From Rebecca billardiae RCC1528 (taxonomy: Eukaryota > Protista > Haptophyta), in the NCBI GenBank assembly GCA_965240325.2, contig OZ251222.1:4216001-4280000 (forward strand): 64,000 nucleotides of DNA, read 5' to 3'. The position numbers and the translations under genes are program-made. Below the pieces are notes generated by a model. That model saw nothing but the letters and a program-made list of their open reading frames with translations. It did no database searches and was not told where the DNA came from. Below are positions 47,204-59,200 of this stretch, one piece after another (within the stretch, counting starts at the first letter, position 1; each line of letters starts with the position of its first letter).

Positions 47204-50200
47204 TGGCGATGGTGGCGGCGAGGGCGGAGATGGCGGCGGGAAGGGCTCAGCACGGGGCGGCGGCGGCGGGGCCGGCGGCGGCGAGGGCGGCGGGCTCGGC
47301 GGCGGCGAGGGCGGCGGCGAGGGCGGCGGCGAGGGCGGCGGCGGCGAGGGCGGCGGGCTCGGCGGCGGCGAAGGCGGCGGCGAGGGCGGTGGCTGCGGCG
47401 GTGACGCCGGCGGCGAGGGCGGTGGGGGCGAGGGCGTGGGTGGTGGCGGCAGCGGCGGCGCCGAGGGCGGCTTCGGCGGGCCGGGCGGCGGGGACGGGCT
47501 GGCCGGTGGCGGGCTGGGCGGCGGCGATGGCGGTGGCGACGGCGGCGGTCCGGGGCTTGGCGGTGGGCTGGGAGGTGGGCTGGGAGGTGGTAGGGGTGGC
47601 GGCGACAGCGGTGGTGGCGGGCTGGGCGGCGGGCTGGGTGGCGGGCTGGGCGGCGGCTGGCTCGGTGGCGGCGACGGAGGCGGGCTCGGCGGCGGCAAAG
47701 GCGGTAGCGACGGCGGCGGCAGCGGCGGCGGCGACGGCGGCGGGGTCGGCGATGCCGGCGGCGGGCTCGGTGGCGGCCGAGGCAGCGGAGGCGGTGGGCT
47801 TGGCGGTGGCGACGGTGGCGGCAGTGGCGGCGGCGGCCGCGGCGGCGGGCTCGGCGGCGGCAATGGCGGCGGCGATGGCGGCTCGCTCGGCGGCGGTGGC
47901 GATGGCTGCGGCGGCGGTGGCGGCGGGAAAGGCACTACACGCGGTGGCGGCGGCGGCGCTGGCGGTGGTGACGGCGGTGGCGACGGCGGCGGCGATGGCG
48001 GCGGTGCAGGCGGCGGCGAGGGCGGCGGCGAGGGCGGTGGGAGGGGCGGCGACGGTGGCGGGCTCGGCGGCGGCAGCGGCGGCGGCGGCGACGGTGCGGG
48101 CGGCGGCGGCGGTGGGAACGGGATCGTGCGCGGCGGCGGCGGCGGTGTTGGCGGTGGGGACGGCGGCGGCGACGGCGGTGGCGTCGGTGGGGACGGCGGA
48201 GGCGACGGCGGCGGGCTGGGTGGCGGCGAGGGCGGCGGCAGCGGCGGTGACGGTGGCGGGCTTGGCGGCGGCAGTGGCGGCGGCGGCGACGGTGCGGGCG
48301 GCGGCGGCGGTGGGAACGGGATCGTGCGCGGCGGCGGCGGCGGTGTTGGCGGTGGGGACGGCGGTGGCGACGGCGGCGGCGAGGGAGGCGGTGCCGGTGG
48401 CGTCGGCGGGCTTGGCGGCGGGCTCGGCGGTGGCGAAGGCGGCGGCGACGGTGGCAATGGCGGCGGGTATGGCTCGGCGCGCGGTGGCGGCGGCGGCAGC
48501 GGCGGCGGAGACGGCGGTGGGCTTGGCGGCGGCAAGGGGGGTGGCGTGGGCGGGGTCAATGGCGGCGGTGGGCTCGGCGGCGGCGAAGGCGGAGGAGACG
48601 GCGGCAAATGCGGCGGCGGCGAAGGAGGCGGCGAGGGTGGGGGGCTGGGCGGCGGCGATGGCGGAGGTGATGGCGGCGGGCGCGGGACGCCAGTCGGCGG
48701 CGGGGACGGCGGTGGGCTCGGCGGAGGCGACGGCGGCGGACTCGGCGGCGGGGACGGTGGCGGGCTCGGCGGAGGCGATGGCGGCAGCCGCGGCGGCGGC
48801 GACGGCGGCGGGCTTGGCGGTGGGCTGGGCGGCGGCGTGGGCGGAAGCGGGTTCGGCGGCGGGCTCGGCGGCGGCGACGGTGGCGGGCTCGGCGGTGGGG
48901 ACGGTGAGGGCAAGGGCGGTGGAGACGGCGGCGGCACGGGCGGCGGGCTCGGCGGTGGGCGCGGCGGCGGCGGGGACGGTGGCGGGCGCGGCGGTGGCGA
49001 CGGTGGCGGCACGGGCGGCGGGCTTGGCGGCGGCGCCGGAGGTGGGCTCGGCGGCGGCGAGGGCGGCGGAGCGGGTGGCAACGGCGGCGGGAACGGCTCA
49101 GCCCGTGGCGGCGGCGGCGGCAGGGGCGGTGGCGACGGAGGTGGGCTCGGCGGCGGCGAGGGCGGTGGCGAGGGCGGAGGTGTTGGCGGCGGCGGGCTCG
49201 GGGGCGGGCTCGGCGGTGGCGCCGGCGGCGCGCCCGGCGGCGGCGAGGGCGGCGGGCTCGGTGGCGGGCCTGGCGGCGGCGGGCTCGGCGGCGGGCTCGG
49301 CGGTGGGCTCGGCGGCGGGCTGGGCGGCGGGCTCGGCGGCGGGCTCGGCGGCGGGCTCGGCGGCGGACTGGGCGGCGACGAGGGCGGTGGCGAAGGTGGC
49401 GGGCTCGGCGCGTCCGCGGGTGGTGGGCTCGGCGGCGGGCTTGGCGGTGGGCTCGGCGGCGGGGATGGCGGCGGGCTGGGCGGCACCGACGGTGGCGGCG
49501 AGGGCGGCGGCAACGGCGGCGGAGGGCTCGGTGGCGGACTCGGCGGAGGGCTCGGTGGCGGCGAGGGCGGCGGCGAGGGCGGCGGCGAGGGCGGCGGGCT
49601 CGGAATGCCAGCAGGCGGCGGGCTCGGTGGCGGGCTCGGCGGAGGCGATGGCGGCGGGCTCGGCGGCGGCGACGGTGGCGGGCTCGGCGGAGGCGACGGC
49701 GGTGGGCTCGGCGGCGGCGACGGTGGCGGGCTCGGCGGAGGCGATGGCGGCGGCAAGGGCGGTGGAGACGGCGGCGGCACGGGCGGCGGGCTCGGCGGTG
49801 GGCGCGGCGGCGGTGGGGACGGTGGCGGGCTCGGCGGTGGCGACGGCGGCGGCACGGGCGGCGGGCTTGGCGGCGGCGCCGGAGGTGGGCTCGGCGGCGG
49901 CGAGGGCGGCGGAGCGGGTGGCAACGGCGGCGGGAACGGCTCAGCCCGTGGCGGCGGCGGCGGCAGGGGCGGTGGCGACGGAGGTGGGCTCGGCGGCGGC
50001 GAGGGCGGTGGCGAGGGCGGAGGTGTTGGCGGCGGCGGGCTCGGGGGCGGGCTCGGCGGTGGCGCCGGCGGCGCGCCCGGCGGCGGCGAGGGCGGCGGGC
50101 TCGGTGGCGGGCCTGGCGGCGGCGGGCTCGGCGGCGGGCTCGGCGGTGGGCTCGGCGGCGGGCTGGGCGGCGGGCTCGGCGGCGGGCTCGGCGGCGGGCT

Positions 50201-53200
50201 CGGCGGCGGATTGGGCGGCGACGAGGGCGGTGGCGAAGGTGGCGGGCTCGGCGCGTCCGCGGGTGGTGGGCTCGGCGGCGGGCTTGGCGGTGGGCTCGGC
50301 GGCGGGGATGGCGGCGGGCTGGGCGGCACCGACGGTGGCGGCGAGGGCGGCGGCAACGGCGGCGGAGGGCTCGGTGGCGGACTCGGCGGAGGGCTCGGTG
50401 GCGGCGAGGGCGGCGGCGAGGGCGGCGGCGAGGGCGGCGGGCTCGGAATGCCAGCAGGCGGCGGGCTCGGTGGCGGGCTCGGCGGAGGCGATGGCGGCGG
50501 GCTCGGCGGCGGCGACGGTGGCGGGCTCGGCGGAGGCGACGGCGGTGGGCTCGGCGGCGGCGACGGTGGCGGGCTCGGCGGAGGCGATGGCGGCGGCAAG
50601 GGCGGTGGAGACGGCGGCGGCACGGGCGGCGGGCTCGGCGGTGGGCGCGGCGGCGGTGGGGACGGTGGCGGGCTCGGCGGTGGCGACGGCGGCGGCACGG
50701 GCGGCGGGCTTGGCGGCGGCGCCGGAGGTGGGCTCGGCGGCGGCGAGGGCGGCGGAGCGGGTGGCGACGGCGGCGGGAACGGCTCAGCCCGTGGCGGCGG
50801 CGGCGGCAGGGGCGGTGGCGACGGAGGTGGGCTCGGCGGCGGCGAGGGCGGTGGCGAGGGCGGAGGTGTTGGCGGCGGCGGGCTCGGGGGCGGGCTCGGC
50901 GGTGGCGCCGGCGGCGCGCCCGGCGGCGGCGAGGGCGGCGGGCTCGGTGGCGGGCCTGGCGGCGGCGGGCTCGGCGGCGGGCTCGGCGGTGGGCTCGGCG
51001 GCGGGCTGGGCGGCGGGCTCGGCGGCGGGCTCGGCGGCGGGCTCGGCGGCGGGCTGGGCGGCGACGAGGGCGGTGGCGAAGGTGGCGGGCTCGGCGCGTC
51101 CGCGGGTGGTGGGCTCGGCGGCGGGCTTGGCGGTGGGCTCGGCGGCGGGGATGGCGGCGGGCTGGGCGGCACCGACGGTGGCGGCGAGGGCGGCGGCAAC
51201 GGCGGCGGAGGGCTCGGTGGCGGACTCGGCGGAGGGCTCGGTGGCGGCGAGGGCGGCGGCGAGGGCGGCGGCGAGGGCGGCGGGCTCAGAATGCCAGCAG
51301 GCGGCGGGCTCGGTGGCGGGCTCGGCGGAGGCGATGGCGGCGGGCTCGGCGGCGGCGACGGTGGCGGGCTCGGCGGAGGCGACGGCGGTGGGCTCGGCGG
51401 CGGCGACGGTGGCGGGCTCGGCGGAGGCGATGGCGGCGGCAAGGGCGGTGGAGACGGCGGCGGCACGGGCGGCGGGCTCGGCGGTGGGCGCGGCGGCGGT
51501 GGGGACGGTGGCGGGCTCGGCGGTGACGACGGCGGCGGCACGGGCGGCGGGCTTGGCGGCGGCGCCGGAGGTGGGCTCGGCGGCGGCGAGGGCGGCGGAG
51601 CGGGTGGCGACGGCGGCGGGAACGGCTCAGCCCGTGGCGGCGGCGGCGGCAGGGGCGGTGGCGACGGAGGTGGGCTCGGCGGCGGCGAGGGCGGTGGCGA
51701 GGGCGGAGGTGTTGGCGGCGGCGGGCTCGGGGGCGGGCTCGGCGGTGGCGCCGGCGGCGCGCCCGGCGGCGGCGAGGGCGGCGGGCTCGGTGGCGGGCCT
51801 GGCGGCGGCGGGCTCGGCGGCGGGCTCGGCGGTGGGTTCGGCGGCGGGCTGGGCGGCAAGCTCGGCGGCGGGCTCGGCGGCGGGCTCGGCGGCGGACTGG
51901 GCGGCGACGAGGGCGGTGGCGAAGGTGGCGGGCTCGGCGCGTCCGCGGGTGGTGGGCTCGGCGGCGGGCTTGGCGGTGGGCTCGGCGGCGGGGATGGCGG
52001 CGGGCTGGGCGGCACCGACGGTGGCGGCGAGGGCGGCGGCAACGGCGGCGGAGGGCTCGGTGGCGGACTCGGCGGAGGGCTCGGTGGCGGCGAGGGCGGC
52101 GGCGAGGGCGGCGGCGAGGGCGGCGCGCTCGGAATGCCAGCAGGCGGCGGGCTCGGTGGCGGGCTCGGCGGAGGCGATGGCGGCGGGCTCGGCGGCGGCG
52201 ACGGTGGCGGGCTCGGCGGAGGCGACGGCGGTGGGCTCGGCGGCGGCGACGGTGGCGGGCTCGGCGGAGGCGATGGCGGCGGCAAGGGCGGTGGAGACGG
52301 CGGCGGCACGGGCGGCGGGCTCGGCGGTGGGCGCGGCGGCGGTGGGGACGGTGGCGGGCTCGGCGGTGGCGACGGCGGCGGCACGGGCGGCGGGCTTGGC
52401 GGCGGCGCCGGAGGTGGGCTCGGCGGCGGCGAGGGCGGCGGAGCGGGTGGCGACGGCGGCGGGAACGGCTCAGCCCGTGGCGGCGGCGGCGGCAGGGGCG
52501 GTGGCGACGGAGGTGGGCTCGGCGGCGGCGAGGGCGGTGGCGAGGGCGGAGGTGTTGGCGGCGGCGGGCTCGGGGGCGGGCTCGGCGGTGGCGCCGGCGG
52601 CGCGCCCGGCGGCGGCGAGGGCGGCGGGCTCGGTGGCGGGCCTGGCGGCGGCGGGCTCGGCGGCGGGCTCGGCGGTGGGCTCGGCGGCGGGCTGGGCGGC
52701 GGGCTCGGCGGCGGGCTCGGCGGCGGGCTCGGCGGCGGACTGGGCGGCGACGAGGGCGGTGGCGAAGGTGGCGGGCTCGGCGCGTCCGCGGGTGGTGGGC
52801 TCGGCGGCGGGCTTGGCGGTGGGCTCGGCGGCGGGGATGGCGGCGGGCTGGGCGGCACCGACGGTGGCGGCGAGGGCGGCGGCAACGGCGGCGGAGGGCT
52901 CGGTGGCGGACTCGGCGGAGGGCTCGGTGGCGGCGAGGGCGGCGGCGAGGGCGGCGGCGAGGGCGGCGGGCTCGGAATGCCAGCAGGCGGCGGGCTCGGT
53001 GGCGGGCTCGGCGGAGGCGATGGCGGCGGGCTCGGCGGCGGCGACGGTGGCGGGCTCGGCGGAGGCGACGGCGGTGGGCTCGGCGGCGGCGACGGTGGCG
53101 GGCTCGGCGGAGGCGATGGCGGCGGCAAGGGCGGTGGAGACGGCGGCGGCACGGGCGGCGGGCTCGGCGGTGGGCGCGGCGGCGGTGGGGACGGTGGCGG

Positions 53201-56200
53201 GCTCGGCGGTGGCGACGGCGGCGGCACGGGCGGCGGGCTTGGCGGCGGCGCCGGAGGTGGGCTCGGCGGCGGCGAGGGCGGCGGAGCGGGTGGCGACGGC
53301 GGCGGGAACGGCTCAGCCCGTGGCGGCGGCGGCGGCAGGGGCGGTGGCGACGGAGGTGGGCTCGGCGGCGGCGAAGGCGGTGGCGAGGGCGGAGGTGTTG
53401 GCGGCGGCGGGCTCGGGGGCGGGCTCGGCGGTGGCGCCGGCGGCGCGCCCGGCGGCGGCGAGGGCGGCGGGCTCGGTGGCGGGCCTGGCGGCGGCGGGCT
53501 CGGCGGCGGGCTCGGCGGTGGGCTCGGCGGCGGGCTGGGCGGCGGGCTCGGCGGCGGGCTCGGCGGCGGGCTCGGCGGCGGACTGGGCGGCGACGAGGGC
53601 GGTGGCGAAGGTGGCGGGCTCGGCGCGTCCGCGGGTGGTGGGCTCGGCGGCGGGCTTGGCGGTGGGCTCGGCGGCGGGGATGGCGGCGGGCTGGGCGGCA
53701 CCGACGGTGGCGGCGAGGGCGGCGGCAACGGCGGCGGAGGGCTCGGCGGCGGACTCGGCGGAGGGCTCGGTGGCGGCGAGGGCGGGGGTGATGGCGGCGG
53801 GCTCGGAGCGCCGGCCGGTGGCGGTGACGGTGGCGGGCTCGGCGGAGGCGACGGTGGCGGCATGGGTGGCGGGCTTGGTGGTGGCGATGGAGGCGGCACG
53901 GGCGGCGGCGGCGAGGGTGGCGGGCTCGGCGGTGGTGATGGCGGCGGCACGGGGGGCGGGTTGGGCGGAGGCGACGGCGGAGGGCTCGGTGGCGGTGATG
54001 GCGGCGGCTCTGGCGGCGAAGGCGGCGGGAACGGCTCCGCCCGAGGCGGAGGCGGTGGCGCGGGCGGCGGCGAGGGCGGTGGGCTTGGCGGTGGCGAGGG
54101 TGGCGGCGAGGGCGGCGGGGACGGCGGCGGCGGCGACGGCGGCGGTGCGGGCGGTGGTGACGGCGGCGGCACAGGTGGCGGCTGTGGCGGCGGGCTCGGC
54201 GGCGGCTGCGGCGCGCTGGGTGGCGGCGACGGCGGCGGCGACGGCGGCGGCGACGGGGGCGGCAGAGGCGGCGGCGACGGGGGCGGCAGAGGCGGGCTCG
54301 GCGGTGGGCTCGGCGGCGGGCTCGGCGGCGGCGATGGCGGTGGCGCAGGCGGCGGCGCTGGCGGCGGCGAGGGCGGCGGTGCTGGCGGCGGCGAGGGCGG
54401 CTGACCCGGGGGTGGGCTCGGAGGTGGGTTGGGCGGTGGCGAGGGCGGCGGGCTCGGGACGCCCGCCGGCGGTGGGCTCGGCGGTGGGCTCGGCGGTGGC
54501 GACGGCGGTGGCGCTGGCGGCAGGGACGGCGGTGGGCTCGGCGGCGGCGACGGTGGCGGGCCCGGCGGCGGCGACGGCGGTGGCGACGGGGGCGGCGGGG
54601 ACGGTGGCGGGCTTGGTGGCGGCAATGGAGGCGGCACCGGCGGCGAACGCGGCGGCGGCGACGGTGGTGGCGACGGCGGCGGGCTCGGTGGCGGCGCCGG
54701 CGGCGCCGGCGGCGGGAAGGGCAATGCGCGCGGAGGCGGCGGCGGCAGGGGCGGCGACGACGGAGGCGGGCTCGGCGGCGGCGAGGGTGGCGGTGAGGGC
54801 GGTGGTGTGGGCGGCGGCGGGCTCGGCGGCGGGCTCGGCGGCGGCGCCGGCGGCGCGCTCGGCGGCGGCGAGGGCGGCGGGCTCGGTGGCGGGCTCGGCG
54901 GTGGCGGGCTCGGCGGCGGTGACGGCGGGGGGCTTGGCGGCGGGCGCGGCGCGGCGGGTGGCGGCGACGGAGGTGGGCTTGGCGGTGGCGAGGGTGGCGG
55001 GGATGGCGGCGGCGACGGCGGAGCGGACGGTGGCGGCGACGGCGGCGGCAATGGCGGGGGCGAAGGCGGGGGCGAAGGTGGCAGGCTTGGCGGCGGCGAG
55101 GGCGGCGGGCCGGGCGAGCCTGTGGGTGGAGGGCTGGGCGGGGGGCTGGGCGGCGGCACGGGTGGCGGAGACGGTGGCACCGCCGGCGGTGGGCTCGGTG
55201 GTGGCGTCGGCGGCGGCGTCGGCGGCTGCGCCGGCGGCGGGCTCGGCGGCGGGCTCGGCGGCGGCGCTGGCGGCGGAGGGCTCGGTGGCGGCGACGGTGG
55301 AGGCGCCGGGGGCGATGATGGCGGCGGCGACGGCGGTGGCCGCGGCGGCGGGCTCGGCGGCGGGCTCGGCGGCGGCGAGGGTGGCAGCGACGGCGGCGGC
55401 GACGGCGGAGGCACGGGCAGCGGCGGAGGCGGGCTCGGCGGTGGCGACGGCGGCGGCGCGGGCGGCGGGCTCGGCGGCGGCAAAGGCGGACGCGACGGTG
55501 GGGGCGGCGACGGAGGCGGCGCGGGCGGCGGTGAGGGCGGCGGCGACGGCGGCGGCGACGGCGGCGGCGATGGTGGCGGGCTCGGCGGCGGGCTCGGGGG
55601 CGGCGCGGGCGGCGACGGCGGCGGGAAGGGCAATGCGCGCGGAGGCGGCGGCGGCAGGGGCGGCGGCGACGGAGGCGGGCTCGGCGGCGGCGATGGCGGC
55701 GGCGACGGTGGCGGCGCCGGCGGCGGCGGCGAGGGCGGCGGCGAGGGCGGCGGCAATGGCGGCGGCGACGGCGGTGGCGAAGGCGGTGGGCTCGGCGGCG
55801 GCTGCGGCGATCGGGGCGGCGGGGACGGCGGAGGCGACGGCGGTGGTGAGGGCGGTGGAGACGGCGGCGGTGAGGGTGGCGGCAGCGGTGGGCTCGGCGG
55901 CGGCGAGGGCGGCGGCGAGGGCGGCGGGCTCGGTGGCGGTTGCGGTGGCGTCGACGGCGGCGGCGACGGCGGCGGATGCGGTGGTGGCGACGGCGGAAGG
56001 CTTGGCGGTGGCGACGGCGGCGGCGACGGCGGTGGTGAGGGCGGTGGGCTCGGAGGCGGCTGCGGCGATCGGGGCGGCGGGGACGGCGGAGGCGACGGCG
56101 GTGGTGAGGGCGGTGGAGACGGCGGCGGTGATGGTGGCGGCAGCGGTGGGCTTGGCGGTGGCGATGGTGGCGGCGCCGGCGGCGGGCTCGGCGGCGGGCT

Positions 56201-59200
56201 CGGCGGCGGGCTCGGCGGCACGCTTGGCGGTGGGCTCGGAGGTGGCGCTGGCGGCTGCAGCGGCGGCGGGCTCGGGGGCGGCAGAGGTGGCGGCAGAGGC
56301 GGTGGTGGGCTCGGCGGCGGCGAAGGCGGTGGTGAGGGCGGCGGCGACGGCGGTGGGCTCGGCGGTGCCGCCGGCGGCGGCGAAGGTGGCGGCGAGGGCG
56401 GCGGCGAGGGTGGCGGTGAGGGTGGCGGCGAGGGCGGTGGCAGGGGCGGCGGAGGCGAGGGTGGTGGCGAAGGCGGCGGGCTCGGCGGCGGCGCTGGCGG
56501 CGGCGATGGCGGCGGCACCGGCGGCAGCGCGGGCGGCGGGCTCGGCGGCGGCGAGGGCGGTGGGCTCGGCGGCGGGCTCGGCGGCGGGCTCGGCGGCGAC
56601 GGTGGCGGGAATGGCTGGGTGCGAGGCGGGGGCGGCGGGAGCGGCGGCGGCGAGGGCGGCGGGGACGGCGGCGGCGAGGGCGGTGGGCTCGGTGGGGGCG
56701 ACGGTGGTGGGCTCGGCGGCGGCGAGGGCGGCGGGGACGGCGGCGGTGACGGTGGCGGGCTCGGCGGCGGCGAGGGCGGCGGCAAGGGCGGCGGCGAGGG
56801 CGGCGGTGGCGAGGGCGGCGGGCTCGGCGGCGGCGAGGGCGGCGGCGAAGGCGGCGGCTGCGGCGGCGACGCCGGCGGCGAGGGCGGTGGGGGCGAGGGC
56901 GTGGGTGGTGGCGGCAGCGGCGGCGCCGAGGGCGGCTTGGGCGGGCCGGGCGGCGGGAACGGGCTGGCGGGCGGCGGGCTGGGCGGCGGCGATGGTGGCG
57001 GCGAGGGCGGCGGTTCGGGGTGCGGCGGCGGGCTGGGCGGCGGGCTCGGCGGCGGGCTGGGCGGCCGCGGCTGCGGCGGCGGTGGGCTCGGTGGCGGCAA
57101 GGGCGGCGGGCTCGGCGGCGGGCTCGGCGGCGGGCTCGGGGGCGGCGACGGCGGCGGCGACGGCGGTGGGCTCGGCGGTGGGCCAGGCGGCGGCGACGGC
57201 GGCGGCGACGGCGGTGGGCTCGGCGGCGGGCTCGGCGGCGGGCTCGGCGGCGGCGACGGCGGTGGGCTCGGCGGTGGCGGCAGCGGCGGCGGGCTCGGCG
57301 GCGGCGACGGCGGCGGTGCCGGCGGTGGGACAGGCGGCGGCGGCGACGGCTGGGGTGGCGGCGGCGGCGGGAACGGGATCGTGCGCGGTGGTGGCGGCGG
57401 GTTCGGCGGCGGGCTCGGCGGCGGCGACGGCGGCGGCATCGGCGGCGGCGATGGCGGCGACGAAGGCGGCGGCGATGGCGGCGGCGAGGGCGGCGGCGAG
57501 GGCGGCGGCGTGGGCGGTGGCGAAGGCGGCGGCGTGGGCGGCGACGGCGGCGGGCTTGGCGGCGGCAGCGGTGGTGGCGGCGACGGCTGGGGTGGCGGCG
57601 GCGGCGGGAACGGGATCGTGCGCGGTGGTGGCGGCGGTGCTGGCGGCGGCGACGGTGGCGGCGACGGCGGTGGCGTCGGCGGCGACGGCGGCGGCGACGG
57701 CGGCGGGCTCGGCGGCGGCGACGGCGGCGGCAGCGGTGGCGACGGCGGCGGGCTCGGCGGCGGCAGCGGCGGGGGTGGCGAGGGTGCCGGTGGCGGCGGC
57801 GGCGGGAATGGGATCGTGCGCGGCGGCGGAGGCGGTGCGGGCGGCGGCGACGGTGGCGGCGCCGGCGGCGGCGAGGGCGGCGGCGGCGAGGGCGGCGGTG
57901 CGGGCGGCGACGGGCTCGGCGGCAGGCCCGGCGGCGGCGACGGCGGTGGCGACGGCGGAGGCATCGGCGGCGGCGAGGGCGGTGGCGAGGGGGGCGGCGA
58001 GGGGGGCGGCGAGGGCGGTGGTGAGGGCGGCGGCGAGGGCGGCGGGCTCGGCGGCGGCGACGGCGGCGGCGACGGCGGCGACGGCGGCGGGAACGGCTCC
58101 GCGCGCGGCGGCGGCGGCGGCAGCGGCGGCGGCGAGGGCGGCGGGCTCGGTGGCGGCGAGGGCGGCGGCGACGGCGGAGGCGTGGGCGGTGGCGGCGAGG
58201 GCGGCGGCGCGGGCGGCGGCGGCGAGGGCGGCGCAGACGGCGGCGGCGAGGGCGGCGGGCTCGGCGGCGGGCTCGGCGGCGGGCTCGGGTTGCCGACTGG
58301 CGGCGGGCTCGGCGGCGGGCTCGGCGGCGGCGACGGCGGCGGCGACGGCGGCGGCGCCGGCGGCGCGCTCGGCGGCGGGCGCGGCGGCGGGCGCGGCGGC
58401 GGGCGCGGCGGCGGGCTCGGCGGCGGAGACGGAGGTGGCGGGGACGGCGGCGGAGAAGGCGGCGGGGACGGCGGCGGGGACGGCGGCGGGGACGGCGGCG
58501 GGCTCGGCGGCGGGCTCGGCGGCGGCGAGGGCGGCGGGCCCGGAGCGCCGGCCGGCGGCGGGCTCGGCGGCGGCGAGGGCGGCGGCAAGGGCGGCGGGCT
58601 CGGCGGCGGGCGCGGCGGCGCGCGCGGCGGCGGGCTCGGCGGCGGCGCCGGCGGCGGCGGGCTGGGCGGCGGGCTCGGCGGCGGCGACGGCGGCGGGCTC
58701 GGCGGCGGCGTCGGCGGCGGTGCCGGCGGCGGCGACGGCGGCGGCGCCGGCGGTGGGCTCGGCGGCGGGCTGGGCGGCGGCGCCGGTGGCGGGCTCGGCG
58801 GCGCGCCGGGCGGCGGGCTCGGCGGCGGGCTCGGCGGCGGCGCGGGCGGCGCGGCCGGCGGCGGCGAGGGCGGCGGGCTGGGCGGCGGGCTGGGCGGCGG
58901 GCTGGGCGGCGGGCTGGGCGGCGGCGCGGGCGGCGGCGGCAGCGGCGGCCCCGCCACCGTCGCGCTGAGCAGCGGCTCGAACGTGAAGGCGAAGCCGTCA
59001 TAGAAGGCGGCGGACGAGCCGAGGAACGGGAAGTTGCGCTCGTCGCCGCCGACGCCGAGCGCGTCCGTCGTCTCGACCATCACGGCGACGCCGAACGCGC
59101 CGCTCAGCGCGGGCCAGCCGCCGCTCGGGTACACGCCGAGCGTGAAGACGCCGTCCGCGTAGCTCGCGCGCCCCACCCAGTAGCCCTGCGTCGAGGTGCC

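Noticed and set aside
47150-47300. Small intron explaining the frame change
   Set aside because: Both sides are uninterrupted coding-type repeat; I saw no intron-like segment or convincing GT-AG pair of suitable phase.
12-58968. Very long plus-strand Ala/Val-rich ORFs (e.g. 12..8939, 8949..17537, 47203..58968)
   Set aside because: Antisense shadows of the SPPP codons. They are broken by stops at synonymous positions of the minus frame and lose coherence at the globular modules.
14870-59003. Plus-strand poly-Gly (GGGL/GGGD) ORFs resembling glycine-rich wall proteins, PE-PGRS or spidroins
   Set aside because: Exact reverse complement of SPPP. The frame is repeatedly stopped inside the modules, whereas the minus Pro frame is continuous with recognisable domains.
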